A DNA stretch of 43,633 nucleotides from contig CAZWDO010000005.1 of the NCBI GenBank assembly GCA_964632485.1, forward strand, positions 208,249 to 251,881. Direction: 5' to 3'. The position numbers and the translations under genes are program-made. Numbering within the stretch: position 1 is the first letter of the stretch; each line of letters starts with the position of its first letter. The notes under the pieces were generated by a model. It was not told where the DNA came from. It made no database searches and saw nothing but the letters and a program-made list of their open reading frames with translations. Origin of the DNA: an uncultured bacterium. GTDB taxonomy: Bacteria > JAGOEH01. Of this stretch, positions 8,356 to 19,134 are shown one piece after another.

Positions 8356-10784
8356 TTACTTTTTCGTGTTGTAAAAGCGTTACCGATCCACCCCAAAACG
8401 AACAAAGCGAGTCCAATCGCTGTTGCCCATGAAGCCTTACGCAGGGGTTGGGACTCGTAACGGAACTCCAGTTCATGGACACCCGTTGTCAGAAAGACGG
8501 CCTGGAATGTTCCAAAGGCCCTGAAAACAGGCAAATTCTGGTTTTGCTGATAGACATGCCAATAGGGGAAATAGTTTTCACTAATAAACAAAAATCCCGG
8601 GCGGGGCAGGGATACCACCAGTTTTATCCCTCGCAAGACATCGCGCAGAACATCTATTTTTCCATTATCCAGCGAATCGGTTTCACTATCGGCAATCTGG
8701 CCGGCGAAATTTTCAATAACCATGGTTTCCTTAAAATCCAATGAGGCGAGATTCATATAATCGATCACCGCATCAAAGTCATCTACCCCCTTAGTTTCTC
8801 TAACATCGGCCTGGTAATAAAGACGATATTTATTCAAAGCATCATGATTCTTGAAAACGACCAGTCCCGTTTGACTTGATTGATAGACTTCCTCAAATTG
8901 ATCAAACCGATAGAATATCCTCATTTGTTCATTACCCTGAATGCGAGGATCGGGCGCTATCAGATATTTGACGTTAGCAAGGTTCATGAAAGCGAATCCA
9001 TTTTGGGGATTAAAAAAATTTGCGGATTGGCGGCCACCCCGAAACGCCCGATACCATTTTAATTCAAAATCATGAAATCCCATCGCATCGGCTATGCCAT
9101 GGATGGGAAATACATTTTGCGCATAGCGGCCGGAAATGTCGAGAACCCGAAACGCGCTGTCATCTTTTTTAATAAAATCGATAATATCATCCCGCCGTTC
9201 ATATTCAGCTCGGTTTCGGGTTTGGATAAACGGTTTGTCGGCAATCCAGAGATCGAGTATGATAACGGCCAGCAAAATAATCGCCGGCGCCAAACTTCGT
9301 TTTTTATTAAAGACATAGTAAAAAACAACGCCAATACTGATTACAATCAATAGATAAATCAGCGTTCCCTGAGAGAAGGATTGAGCATTATTCTGCATTG
9401 CCGCCAATTTATCAGGCGTATTGGGCCAGGAAAATATGTTTTTCCAAATAGAGAAAGTTGCGTTGCGTAAAAGTAAAAAAAGGACTCCAAGTCCGGACAA
9501 AATTCCGCAAGTCCACATCGCTATTTTTTTAAAAAAAGGATGACGCTCTCTTTGAGTCAACAGATAATCGAAGGCAAAGGCGGCGGGAACCCAGACGGCA
9601 AACGCAAATATCGCCATACTCATACTGGGGGCGCGCATTTTATTGATCCCCGGCACAAAATAAAAAAAGAATTTATGAACGGGCGTATGCGCTCCCAGAG
9701 CATACATCAGCGCAATCAGCCCCGTAAAAAAAAAGTAACGGCTCAACCATTCCTTTCGAAAAGAAAATATCAACCAAATAGCAGCAAAAATGATGCCCAC
9801 CAGCCCTACATATTCCGAGTTGAGTTTAAAATAGTTGCGTCCCCAATAATACTCATTAAAATTGATGAATTTGGGGATCAGCAATTGCATGACTTCCTCG
9901 GGATGGAGTGACCAGGAAGGTGCGTACGCATACTCGACACCGCCGGCCCGAGGCGAAAATTGGCTGATATATTGCGTGGAGGGGTAAAGTATCAATGCGC
10001 CAATAGACACGGCGGTTAAAACGGAAAGCAAACCCAGCAGCGCTATCTGCGAACTGCCCAGCCAATTTTTATGAGTTTTATACTCGCGCCATAATTTAGT
10101 TAAAAAATAGAAACCCAGGGGAATAAAAATAAAATAAGACATTTGCGGATGCCCGGTCAGAATGACCGATCCCATCACGCCGCCCATAATCAGCGCGCGC
10201 CAAAAATTCGGCCGATCAAAGAGGTACTCGCACCCCCAAAAAACTAACGGCATCATTTCACACGCAAACAATTTGGAATCGTGACCGGAAAAAACCAAAC
10301 TGACAATCGCGGAAGAAAACATAAATCCAAGGCCGCCCAGTAACCGACCCCAGAAACTTAATCCCAATTTATGGAGATAGAGATACATAAACAAACCGCC
10401 CATCAGTATCATCAGTAAAAACCGATACCCGATGGCCTTATATAGCGGCATGATAAATTTTAAAAGAGTAGTCGGGAAAAAGGCATCGGCGGCCAATCCA
10501 TCCAGAAAAGGGATGCCTCCGACAACATTGGCCTGCCATAATGGATAACGCCCATGCTCCTGAAAATAGGTTGTCATGGCTTTGATATTGCCATAGGCTG
10601 CCATCAGGTCGCTACCGAATAACGCCTGTCCGGAAAATACAAAACCGCCGAACAAGGCGATTACTACCAGCGCATAGAGTATCGCAGCCAGTTTCCAATT
10701 CATATATCTGGAGAGTCCATCCATAACTGGCACAATGGGTTGATCCTGCTTAATTGCGTCTTTTTTAGGTTTGCTCTTACTCAT
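8352..10784 (-). CDS. YfhO-family polytopic membrane protein (GT-C-like glycosyltransferase)
   Basis: PLW...GG.P loop, GHPQMSY and many TM helices. C-terminal FLFISENYFPYW...G.H.LEFRY pattern typical of YfhO. Confidence 0.75.
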   Translation of the reverse strand: MSKSKPKKDAIKQDQPIVPVMDGLSRYMNWKLAAILYALVVIALFGGFVFSGQALFGSDLMAAYGNIKAMTTYFQEHGRYPLWQANVVGGIPFLDGLAADAFFPTTLLKFIMPLYKAIGYRFLLMILMGGLFMYLYLHKLGLSFWGRLLGGLGFMFSSAIVSLVFSGHDSKLFACEMMPLVFWGCEYLFDRPNFWRALIMGGVMGSVILTGHPQMSYFIFIPLGFYFLTKLWREYKTHKNWLGSSQIALLGLLSVLTAVSIGALILYPSTQYISQFSPRAGGVEYAYAPSWSLHPEEVMQLLIPKFINFNEYYWGRNYFKLNSEYVGLVGIIFAAIWLIFSFRKEWLSRYFFFTGLIALMYALGAHTPVHKFFFYFVPGINKMRAPSMSMAIFAFAVWVPAAFAFDYLLTQRERHPFFKKIAMWTCGILSGLGVLFLLLRNATFSIWKNIFSWPNTPDKLAAMQNNAQSFSQGTLIYLLIVISIGVVFYYVFNKKRSLAPAIILLAVIILDLWIADKPFIQTRNRAEYERRDDIIDFIKKDDSAFRVLDISGRYAQNVFPIHGIADAMGFHDFELKWYRAFRGGRQSANFFNPQNGFAFMNLANVKYLIAPDPRIQGNEQMRIFYRFDQFEEVYQSSQTGLVVFKNHDALNKYRLYYQADVRETKGVDDFDAVIDYMNLASLDFKETMVIENFAGQIADSETDSLDNGKIDVLRDVLRGIKLVVSLPRPGFLFISENYFPYWHVYQQNQNLPVFRAFGTFQAVFLTTGVHELEFRYESQPLRKASWATAIGLALFVLGWIGNAFTTRKSN

Positions 10785-10966
10785 AATTCATACTCCATTT
10801 GATAATCATTAACATTACAAAAACCGTCATTTCGGATAGTGCCCGGCTCCCCGGTTCAATCCGGTCATTTATAAGCCAAAACAATTCTCATTTCATATTT
10901 CTTGCTTTATAGATTCCCCCAAACTTCATTCTAAGTAAGGTGAGGGAATATGAAGGTCAGCAGTTA

Positions 10967-12154
10967 TTAAACATTAACCTGCCGATATACATCCCGAACC
11001 TGATCAATAATTCGGTCCCAGGAAAAATAATCACTCACAAATTCGAAACCTTTTTGCGCCATTCTATGGCTTTCTTTGGGATTTTCAAGGCAATCCCGGA
11101 TGATTTGCGCCAAAGCTTCGGCATCGCCAGGTGGAACCAACCGTCCGGTAATACCATCATTGACAACATCAGGAATTCCTCCAATTTGACTGGCGACAAC
11201 AGGTACACGATATAAATAAGCTTCCAGCAAAACCACGCCCAAACCTTCGGTATCACCTTTGCGGTCAATGATCGAAGGGAGAGCAAAAAGATCAGCGCGC
11301 TGGTAAAATTCCACTTTTTGCAATTCGGAAACCCGGCCGTGAAGATGAATATAAGAATCAGCTCCAAGGGTTTGAATCTGTTGTTGCAATTCTTCCAATA
11401 GATTTCCGCTTCCGACAATGTCCAATTGAACAGATACGCCACGATAATGTAAGAGATGGACAGCATCGATTAAAAAAGAGATCCCTTTTCGTTCGATCAA
11501 TCGGCCGACAAAGAGTATCTTAAACGGGGCGTTTACGTCCCTCGGAACAGATTCCCCGGTCGGCGGGTCTTCAATAGCCGCGCCATAAGGGATAATCGTG
11601 ATCGGGATATCACGGATCGCCCGCACCTGATCAGCGGTGAAATTTGAAATTGCAATCACTGAAGAGGCATGGCGAAGAAAAAAATCTAAAAACCAGCGAA
11701 CGAAGGGAAATCGTTTGGCAATTAGCAGGTCAGCGCCATAAAAATGCAGTATATAGGGTTTTTTAAGTAAAAAATGGGGTAAAATGGCAGATAATGCTGT
11801 AGGGAAAGGCCAATGCACATGCAATAGATTATAATTCTGCCGCCAAATATGAAAAAAAGATTTAATGATTCCACAGCCCATAAAAAAAAGAGTTATCAGC
11901 TTGTAGTGCCACTTATGAATTTTATTGGGCGCTCCTTCATCATGGGTGAGATTTTCCCAGGATTTAAAAAAATAGCGGTAGCGGTGGACAGGGATTTGGT
12001 CGATTTTATGGGATGGCAATCCCTCAAACGAAGGCGCCCAGACATGAACATCGTCGCCCTGTTCGCGTAACCGACGGATCAATTCACGCAACCAGGGAAC
12101 TTCCGTATCATCATTAAAACGAGGAAAAGTCGTAACGAGCGCGCAAATCTTCAT
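10967..12154 (-). CDS. GT4 family glycosyltransferase
   Basis: FVGRLIERKG and EGLGVVLLEA (EX7E) motifs, GGIPDVV. Confidence 0.9.
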   Translation of the reverse strand: MKICALVTTFPRFNDDTEVPWLRELIRRLREQGDDVHVWAPSFEGLPSHKIDQIPVHRYRYFFKSWENLTHDEGAPNKIHKWHYKLITLFFMGCGIIKSFFHIWRQNYNLLHVHWPFPTALSAILPHFLLKKPYILHFYGADLLIAKRFPFVRWFLDFFLRHASSVIAISNFTADQVRAIRDIPITIIPYGAAIEDPPTGESVPRDVNAPFKILFVGRLIERKGISFLIDAVHLLHYRGVSVQLDIVGSGNLLEELQQQIQTLGADSYIHLHGRVSELQKVEFYQRADLFALPSIIDRKGDTEGLGVVLLEAYLYRVPVVASQIGGIPDVVNDGITGRLVPPGDAEALAQIIRDCLENPKESHRMAQKGFEFVSDYFSWDRIIDQVRDVYRQVNV

Positions 12155-12155
12155 T

Positions 12156-13187
12156 TCAGTCCAACTGTATTTCTCGTGCCACCCGATGCAAATCGGCTTC
12201 CATCATTATTTCTACTAATTGTTTAAAATCCGTACGGGGTTGCCAGTTCAAGTGTTTCCGGGCTTTGGACGCATCCCCGATCAGACAGTCCACTTCCGCC
12301 GGCCGATAATAATCGGGTGAAATCTCTATCAATGTTTGGCCGGTTTTTGAGTCAATTCCCCGTTCACATTCAGCTTCGCCTTCCCAGAGTATCTCCCTTC
12401 CGACCATTTGCAGCGCATATTTGATAAATTCGCGCACGGTATGAGTTTCGCCGGTAGCCAGTATATAATCATCCGGCTGATCCTGCTGCAACATCAACCA
12501 CATGCCTTCCACATACTCTTTGGCATAACCCCAATCACGCGAGGCGTCAATGTTGCCTAAAACCACTTTATCCTGCAAACCATTCTGGATACGCGCAATT
12601 CCATACGTGATCTTGCGGGTCACAAAATCCAGACCGCGGAAAGGTGACTCGTGGTTAAAGAGAATTCCGTTACAGGCAAACATATCGAATGATTCCCGGT
12701 AATTAATGCACATCCAGTGCGCAAGAAGTTTAGATACCCCATAAGGACTGCGCGGATAAAACGGAGTGCTTTCTTTTTGCGGCGTTTCTTGAACCTTACC
12801 GAACATTTCACTGGTCGAGGCTTGATAAAAACGGCAGTCGGGCTTTAATAACCGGATCGCTTCGATCAGCCGCAAGGTTCCCAAACCATTGATATCGGAA
12901 GTCAGTATCGGCTGCTCAAAAGAGACACCGACAAAACTCTGGGCAGCAAGATTATATACTTCATCCGGCTGAATTTTTTCGATGACCCGATAGATATTCG
13001 TCAATTCAAGTAAATCCATGAAGGCGATTTCCACCTGGTCAAAGATACCCAATTCTTTCAAACGCCAGAGCGTCGTATCACCACTGCGTCGATCGGCGCC
13101 CACAACGCGATATCCTTTTTTAATTAACAAATCGGCCAAATAAGCGCCGTCCTGTCCACGAATTCCAGTTACTAATGCGGTTTTCAT
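12156..13187 (-). CDS. gmd: GDP-mannose 4,6-dehydratase
   Basis: TGIRGQDGAYLA, YNLAAQS, QASTSEMFG, PRSPYGVSK, FNHESP and RDWG motifs. AAGGAG precedes ATG 13187. Confidence 0.95.
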   Translation of the reverse strand: MKTALVTGIRGQDGAYLADLLIKKGYRVVGADRRSGDTTLWRLKELGIFDQVEIAFMDLLELTNIYRVIEKIQPDEVYNLAAQSFVGVSFEQPILTSDINGLGTLRLIEAIRLLKPDCRFYQASTSEMFGKVQETPQKESTPFYPRSPYGVSKLLAHWMCINYRESFDMFACNGILFNHESPFRGLDFVTRKITYGIARIQNGLQDKVVLGNIDASRDWGYAKEYVEGMWLMLQQDQPDDYILATGETHTVREFIKYALQMVGREILWEGEAECERGIDSKTGQTLIEISPDYYRPAEVDCLIGDASKARKHLNWQPRTDFKQLVEIMMEADLHRVAREIQLD

Positions 13188-13244
13188 ATCTGACTCCTTC
13201 AACTATCAATTTAGCATATAATCGGTTATTCTTACGAATAGGGC

Positions 13245-13273
13245 AAAATACAAAGAATAACAAAAAAAGTCAA
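13245..13273 (-). promoter_or_regulatory. Putative sigma70 promoter for gmd and the downstream glycosylation genes
   Basis: Minus strand TTGACT-N17-TATTTT in the intergenic gap. Confidence 0.45.
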
Positions 13274-13337
13274 GGATAAAATCTATAAAGCTCCGGCTTA
13301 ATGCAGTTTATTGGCGTTGAAAAGCGAATCGGAAAAA

Positions 13338-14642
13338 CTAAAAATACGCGGTTGCCTTACCATAAACAGTATGGCGTTGGGACGCGAATTCTGTCCGTCG
13401 TTTATCACCCACTGCCAAAACACCATGCAAGCTAATGATAAAATCGTCCTGAAAGCGATACTCTATAGAGGGCATTAGCGCCGCCGAACGATCGGAAAGG
13501 TTAGTCAACGTAAACAAGGCCATTTCATAATCAGTAAACAGGGTATATCGCAGGCCTGCCATCAGATAATGGCGCCCGAGACCCGGCATCTCATCAGCCA
13601 TTAATTTCAGTAAATCCAGCGCCTGATATAAATTACTATTTTTTTTCCCATTGCCATTATAATAATACTCAACCAGGTAAGAAATTCCGCTGTCAAAAGT
13701 ATAGTCCGTACCAATCACCCCCTGGAAATATACCGCGCTGTCTTCAAACGTTCGGCGCGAAGTCAATGGGGCGTGCCACGCGCCCTCAAAAGCAAGTCCG
13801 CGCTTCCAGACTTCACCGGCTCCATCAAAACCCAAAATCAATTTTTCTGGCAAATTAAACAATGCGCGGTCACTGGAATGGTAATGAACAAAGGAGAATG
13901 AGTAATCAAAGCGTTGCCAGTTGCCTTTATAACGGGCTCCATAAATCGAATGCAGCCAGTCTTTACCCGGGGAAACAGCCAAATCCAGCGAAGTTAACGC
14001 GCCGAGACTCCAAATCAACCGCAAGGCATGGGCGCCAAGCTTCGGGGCATCAACATCCAGGGGATCCTTCCGATTCCATATATCGGTAGGATTAAAAGCA
14101 TATCCCGTACCCCAGCCAATTGATTGCTTACCGATAGTCAATGTCAACGACCGCCCGTAAAGGGATACCGCTGCGCGGTCCAGTTGCCAGCTCGATTGTG
14201 GATAAAAACTGCTATACGCCAAATGGCCCAGATAGGGTTCCAAAACTACTACCATCAGCGAATCATCAAGGGGAAGATTACCAGCCAGGCTACTGAATGA
14301 TCCAATTAAATCATCATATAAATAACCAATCAGCGAATTTTCCCGTATTGTATAGAATGGATCAATGGGCTGCAATTGCGAGGTCAGAATCAAATGGGTT
14401 TCCCAGGCAATCTTTTGCCAGCGCCAACTCCCCTCAAGACGTAGATTTTCAACATCTGTCAGAAGAGTAGTATCACCACCCATCCATAACGCCGTTCGCG
14501 TCTCCAGATACCCTCCATAATCAAAGGTTCCCCGATCGGCCCTCATTGGATCCATCAGGAGCAACCCGCAAACCGCTACCCATATCCACCATTCCCAACC
14601 CCAAACGCGGTTCATTTTTCGCGCCATTATCGACTCTTCCAT
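13338..14642 (-). CDS. Probable outer-membrane beta-barrel protein
   Basis: Signal-peptide-like N-terminus, GKQSIGWG..F.P.D motif, alternating aromatic strands, C-terminal Phe (KATAYF). Follows LolA-like and MMPL genes. Confidence 0.6.
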   Translation of the reverse strand: MEESIMARKMNRVWGWEWWIWVAVCGLLLMDPMRADRGTFDYGGYLETRTALWMGGDTTLLTDVENLRLEGSWRWQKIAWETHLILTSQLQPIDPFYTIRENSLIGYLYDDLIGSFSSLAGNLPLDDSLMVVVLEPYLGHLAYSSFYPQSSWQLDRAAVSLYGRSLTLTIGKQSIGWGTGYAFNPTDIWNRKDPLDVDAPKLGAHALRLIWSLGALTSLDLAVSPGKDWLHSIYGARYKGNWQRFDYSFSFVHYHSSDRALFNLPEKLILGFDGAGEVWKRGLAFEGAWHAPLTSRRTFEDSAVYFQGVIGTDYTFDSGISYLVEYYYNGNGKKNSNLYQALDLLKLMADEMPGLGRHYLMAGLRYTLFTDYEMALFTLTNLSDRSAALMPSIEYRFQDDFIISLHGVLAVGDKRRTEFASQRHTVYGKATAYF

Positions 14643-14652
14643 TATACCGTTC

Positions 14653-15486
14653 CTATCGCTTTAAATATTGTTCACTAAAATAATTATCCGGCAACGACAA
14701 ATCACACTCAACTGTTTTCACTAACATTTCCGTATGCGATCCCTTAATCAGGTTTTTCATTACCATTTTATGGGCAACCCAATAGTTCCCGACTTTTTTA
14801 ATATCCTCCATAGCGGATTCTTTCCATAATTCGCCGTCTTCGTCATAGTAAAGCCCTTTGACGGCTACAAAATTCGTTTGATCCACCCATAAAATGATCT
14901 TGCTATAGGATTTGCCTTTATCTTTCGGAACCATAGTAATCACATAGTATAAGCGTTCATTGAGCTTTTCGTCAGGATTTTGGGTGATAGTGTAATCTTT
15001 GCGGAAATCCCGGGTCGAGAGGTCCTCATAAGAAAAATCGGAATCATTAACGCTTTGCTTGCGCTGGTGGGAGGCAATTTTACGAGCCCGTCCAGTACGC
15101 GGGGAGAAAAACCAGATATCATCGCCATCATTCAGCGTCAATATCTTCATTCCTTTGATCCGATTCGGTAGCGCATACTCCATCAATCCTTTTTCGCCCT
15201 CATCCTTACTATAACTGATCAGTTCAGAACGGTTCACATCGCCATCGGCCTGATAAGCATTTTGAACCAGAGTCATTTTAGCGGATTCCATTTTATCGTT
15301 TGCTTCCATACGATCCAAAATTTCATCCAGAGTGAATGCAAAAGTGGAGATAATCTGAAGATTAAACAGACAGATTAAAGCCATTAATCTGAACACAGCA
15401 GGTTTTACAAAAAAACAGGACCTGGTATTTATTTGACGGGTTGATCGCGATAGGATAAAACTCGAGAAAAAAAGCATATTACGCAT
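14653..15486 (-). CDS. Outer-membrane lipoprotein-sorting (LolA-like) protein
   Basis: KG.K.L...D.W.F.P...RKI, SDFSYEDL, YSKIILWVD and F.EQYLKR patterns. AAAGGAG 6 nt before ATG 15486. Confidence 0.8.
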   Translation of the reverse strand: MRNMLFFSSFILSRSTRQINTRSCFFVKPAVFRLMALICLFNLQIISTFAFTLDEILDRMEANDKMESAKMTLVQNAYQADGDVNRSELISYSKDEGEKGLMEYALPNRIKGMKILTLNDGDDIWFFSPRTGRARKIASHQRKQSVNDSDFSYEDLSTRDFRKDYTITQNPDEKLNERLYYVITMVPKDKGKSYSKIILWVDQTNFVAVKGLYYDEDGELWKESAMEDIKKVGNYWVAHKMVMKNLIKGSHTEMLVKTVECDLSLPDNYFSEQYLKR

Positions 15487-18334
15487 GGGAATCTCCTTTG
15501 TGAAAATATGTTTCATAAATAGTAATGATCGCGGGCAAAACTAAAAGCGAGCTCAGAAAACATGAACCGACTCCGAAGGTGAGCAGTTTACCCATGCCCG
15601 CCAATCCGCGATGAGTCGCCAATGCCATGGAACCGAATCCAATCGCAGTCGTCAGTGAGGTTAATAGAATCGCCCGGCCGGTATGATGGATCACAACGGG
15701 AAACGAAAGCCGCCCTTCAAGGCGGTAACGATGCAAAATATGAACACCGTCATCGATACCAATCCCTAAAATCAGGGGTAAGGTCAATAGATTATTATAA
15801 TCGAATTTCAGACCTGCCAGGGCCATCAGGCCCAACATCCATAAAGCGCCGACTGAAATCGGAACCAATGCCAGAAGCATATATTTCCAGGAACGGAAAT
15901 CAATGAGCAGCAGAAAAATTATCGCAATAAAACTTAATATAAAGGCCAACTCTCCTTTTTCCTTGATTAAATCAATAAAAATCAAGGTAATAATCGGATA
16001 GCCGGTTACTTTAGGAGAAATTTCGGACAACCGCGCATTAATCTGACGGAGAAAAATCTCATCCCAGACATTCGCTCGCGGGTACACAAGCACTAAAAAC
16101 GTCGAATCCTCAACATTCATATATCGGTCAAGGATAGTGGCCGGCAATGAGTCCAATGTGATGGGAGAAGGGTTGGACATTCTCCATAACCGAGTATGCA
16201 TCACTGGAAAAAGAATTGTCTGGTACCGTGTCAATAGTTCCGTCAACGAGGAAGTTGATCTCATTTTTTGGATCAGTTGCAATACTTTACTATCCTCATC
16301 TTTCTTTCCGACAATCTCATCGCATTTTCGAACAATTTTATTGGTTTCCCCTTTAGCTGAAATTGAGAGTTCGCCAATTTCCACAATATTATTATGAAGA
16401 CGTTCCAATTCAGATATAATCGTCTCGACATCGGCTTCTATAATTGGCGTTGGCGCGCTCTGAGCGGCCAAAATCAGGCGGAACTGTTCCAGCAAGAGTC
16501 GATTGGCGGCCTGGGTTTGCGCGCTGGGAAGGAATTCGGTAATCGCGTCCAATCCGCTGACCAGACCCGTTTTTTTGCCATCTTTTTTCACCTGTTCCAC
16601 TTTTGAACGGCAGGAGTCCAGATCACGGGCTGTAAAAAGGATAAAATCAGGCGCCATTTCAAACTTGTCCAGAATTTTGTTTTGCGTAACAACCGCCGGC
16701 ATCTCTTTCGGTTCCGTCTCAAGATAGTTGTACTCGAATTTTAATTTGGCGGCGCCCCAAACGGACAAGACCAGGGTGAGGGCTGTTACAATTAGTACCA
16801 ATCTGGCATTCCGCGGACGAATAATCCACTCCCCCACCCGTTCAAGATATGAAAAACTCAGAAAACGACCCAATGGATGCCAAATCCGGCGTAATAAGCT
16901 ACGAGAATCCCCTGACGAAACAACGGCTCCTTTTTCATTTTTGCTCCAAAGCATCAATGCGGGCAACAGGATCAGCATCAACACCAGAGTTATCAAAATG
17001 CCCGAACCGATCGCAATTCCCATTTCGCTCATAGCCCGAAACCCTGCCAAAATTAAAGAAAAAAATACAGCCGCCGTCGTCGTGGCACCGGTTATAATTC
17101 CATTACCGCTTTTCAAGTACATGGCGCGGATCGATTGCGCCCGACCCAATCCCTCATTCCGGTTATTATTGTAACCCGTGATCACATGGATCCCAAAATC
17201 AATGCCCAATCCAATCAGAATCAAGCCGAACGACGCGGACATCATGTTCAGATATTTCAAGGATAAAGCAATGAAACCGCTGGTCCATATAAACGCAACA
17301 ACCAGCGCGACAATCGCCATTAACGGATATTTCCAGGAACCAAACGACCCAACAATTAAAATCAAAATCAAAAAAAGCGCGATTAGCGAAGACCAGCCCA
17401 TATCATTAAGCGTCGTCTCCATCTCTTCATAACCCAATACCGGCAACCCCGTCGCCCCTACAGTAAGTTCCGGGTTCTCTGCTTGATACTCATTCAGCTT
17501 TAAATTGATTTTCTCACCCAGAATCAACATGTTATCCCAATCATCCATACGGACCGCCGGTTGCAGCATCAAGATCAGCATTGTATTATCCGGGGACAGG
17601 AAATATTCTTCACCGCTGATAAAAGCGTCAATTGCCTCATGGGTGGCCACACTATCCCCGCCTTGAGTCAGAAGCGCCAGACTCCGAAGAAGCTGGCGAA
17701 CACCCTCCAGAGATTCAACAGCCTGGCGTTCTCCATCCAACTCGGTCATTTTTTCCTGGTCTTCCACATATTCTCTTTCAAAATTATCGTTCATACCAAC
17801 CAGCAATTCCGGCAAATGGAGAGAATGAAACATTTTTAGCGAAGATTCCAGATCCCGGGTCTTCTGAATCATCAAACCATGATCCAAAAAAAATTCCTTG
17901 TCAATGCGATAATCGATCCGCTGAACCAACGGAATGGAATCATAAATCACCCCGGGCACAGGCTCATCTCCAGAAAAAATACGCCATCTCAAGCTTAACG
18001 ATAAATCCTGATTCGGCTGGGGATAAACATGAACCAAAGATTTCAGCTTCCCAGCCAATTCATTGGCCGACTGGCGCAAACGGGGCAAATTCTTAGTGGA
18101 ATCCTCAAGGGTGATCATAACCGTTGAAGCCGATGGGTAGTTCCGGGCGATTTTATCATATTCCTCAACCTGGGGAATCCCCTTGGGCAACATGTCGGAA
18201 AACTGATTTTTCATACTCAGTTTTGACGCTTGATATCCCATAAAAAGCGTCATCAAAATGCCTATTATAACCAGACGGCGGGCATACCGTTCGACAAACA
18301 CTCCCACTCCATTCAATAATCGATGATTACTCAT
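15479..18334 (-). CDS. MMPL/RND family transporter
   Basis: Two repeats, each with a GLGIDFGIH / GIGIDDGVH motif and TT..(G)F helices, plus large periplasmic loops. Confidence 0.9.
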   Translation of the reverse strand: MSNHRLLNGVGVFVERYARRLVIIGILMTLFMGYQASKLSMKNQFSDMLPKGIPQVEEYDKIARNYPSASTVMITLEDSTKNLPRLRQSANELAGKLKSLVHVYPQPNQDLSLSLRWRIFSGDEPVPGVIYDSIPLVQRIDYRIDKEFFLDHGLMIQKTRDLESSLKMFHSLHLPELLVGMNDNFEREYVEDQEKMTELDGERQAVESLEGVRQLLRSLALLTQGGDSVATHEAIDAFISGEEYFLSPDNTMLILMLQPAVRMDDWDNMLILGEKINLKLNEYQAENPELTVGATGLPVLGYEEMETTLNDMGWSSLIALFLILILIVGSFGSWKYPLMAIVALVVAFIWTSGFIALSLKYLNMMSASFGLILIGLGIDFGIHVITGYNNNRNEGLGRAQSIRAMYLKSGNGIITGATTTAAVFFSLILAGFRAMSEMGIAIGSGILITLVLMLILLPALMLWSKNEKGAVVSSGDSRSLLRRIWHPLGRFLSFSYLERVGEWIIRPRNARLVLIVTALTLVLSVWGAAKLKFEYNYLETEPKEMPAVVTQNKILDKFEMAPDFILFTARDLDSCRSKVEQVKKDGKKTGLVSGLDAITEFLPSAQTQAANRLLLEQFRLILAAQSAPTPIIEADVETIISELERLHNNIVEIGELSISAKGETNKIVRKCDEIVGKKDEDSKVLQLIQKMRSTSSLTELLTRYQTILFPVMHTRLWRMSNPSPITLDSLPATILDRYMNVEDSTFLVLVYPRANVWDEIFLRQINARLSEISPKVTGYPIITLIFIDLIKEKGELAFILSFIAIIFLLLIDFRSWKYMLLALVPISVGALWMLGLMALAGLKFDYNNLLTLPLILGIGIDDGVHILHRYRLEGRLSFPVVIHHTGRAILLTSLTTAIGFGSMALATHRGLAGMGKLLTFGVGSCFLSSLLVLPAIITIYETYFHKGDSHA

Positions 18335-18926
18335 GGCTCTCCTCTTTCAGATAACGTTGGATTATAATTTGTTTCATATTTTGAAAATGAGGCCTGATTT
18401 TATCGGGGTAAAGCAGCATGTGCAATTGCAGACCATCCAGAGTTCCTGCGAGAAATACGGCCTCGGCTTCGGGATTGCGCACTCCCAGTTCCTGCAATAA
18501 ATCGGTAAAAACTTTAAGCAATTCGTTGTATAAATTGTGGAATTCTTTCCGAAACTGCTCGATCACCTGGGGTTGCATAAATACATAGAAATAGAGACGC
18601 CAAAACTCATAGTTATTCTCCAATTCATCAAAATTCATATCAATCAGATAACGGAACCGGCTGTGCGTATCCGGGAATTGACGATGCCTGCTGATGAATT
18701 CGCTAAACACGGTGAAGATGTCAGTAAGGATGGCACGTAGCAAATCTTCCTTACTCGCGAAATAATTATAGAGCAGACCTTTGGAAACTCCAGCCCCCTG
18801 GGCGATCTGGGCAATGGTCGTCAGAGCATAACCCTGTTCGGCGAATAGCGAAACCGCTGCCTGCATAATAGTTTCCCGACTCTTTTGTCTGATTTGTTGG
18901 TTGGCTTCCTGACTACGAGGCGACAT
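18327..18926 (-). CDS. TetR/AcrR family transcriptional regulator
   Basis: AAVSLFAEQGY..TTIAQIA..AGVSKGLLYNYF.SKEDL HTH. Start at MSPRS (AGGAG RBS at 18934-18938). Confidence 0.93.
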   Translation of the reverse strand: MSPRSQEANQQIRQKSRETIMQAAVSLFAEQGYALTTIAQIAQGAGVSKGLLYNYFASKEDLLRAILTDIFTVFSEFISRHRQFPDTHSRFRYLIDMNFDELENNYEFWRLYFYVFMQPQVIEQFRKEFHNLYNELLKVFTDLLQELGVRNPEAEAVFLAGTLDGLQLHMLLYPDKIRPHFQNMKQIIIQRYLKEESHE

Positions 18927-18949
18927 ATTAAGGCTCCTGTCGAAATTTA

Positions 18950-18967
18950 TGAATGACCAGTCATTCA
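18950..18967. promoter_or_regulatory. TetR-type operator (palindrome TGAATGAC-CA-GTCATTCA)
   Basis: Perfect 8-bp arms, located between the predicted -10 box and the tetR RBS. Confidence 0.8.
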
Positions 18968-18973
18968 ACCATA

Positions 18974-19001
18974 AATATATCAACTTTTTTTCCTATGTCA
19001 A
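18974..19001 (-). promoter_or_regulatory. Sigma70 promoter of the tetR-MMPL operon
   Basis: Minus strand TTGACA-N16-TATATT with an extended -10 TGn. Confidence 0.65.
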
Positions 19002-19134
19002 GTCCTTTTTAAAATTATTTTAAAATTGATAGCCGACACAAAATAATTGATAAAAGCCTAAAATAGGGCATTTACACGAGAATTGATATTGTAAACAAGC
19101 TTTCAAATCAGTCAATCAATATTTTGAAATTCAC

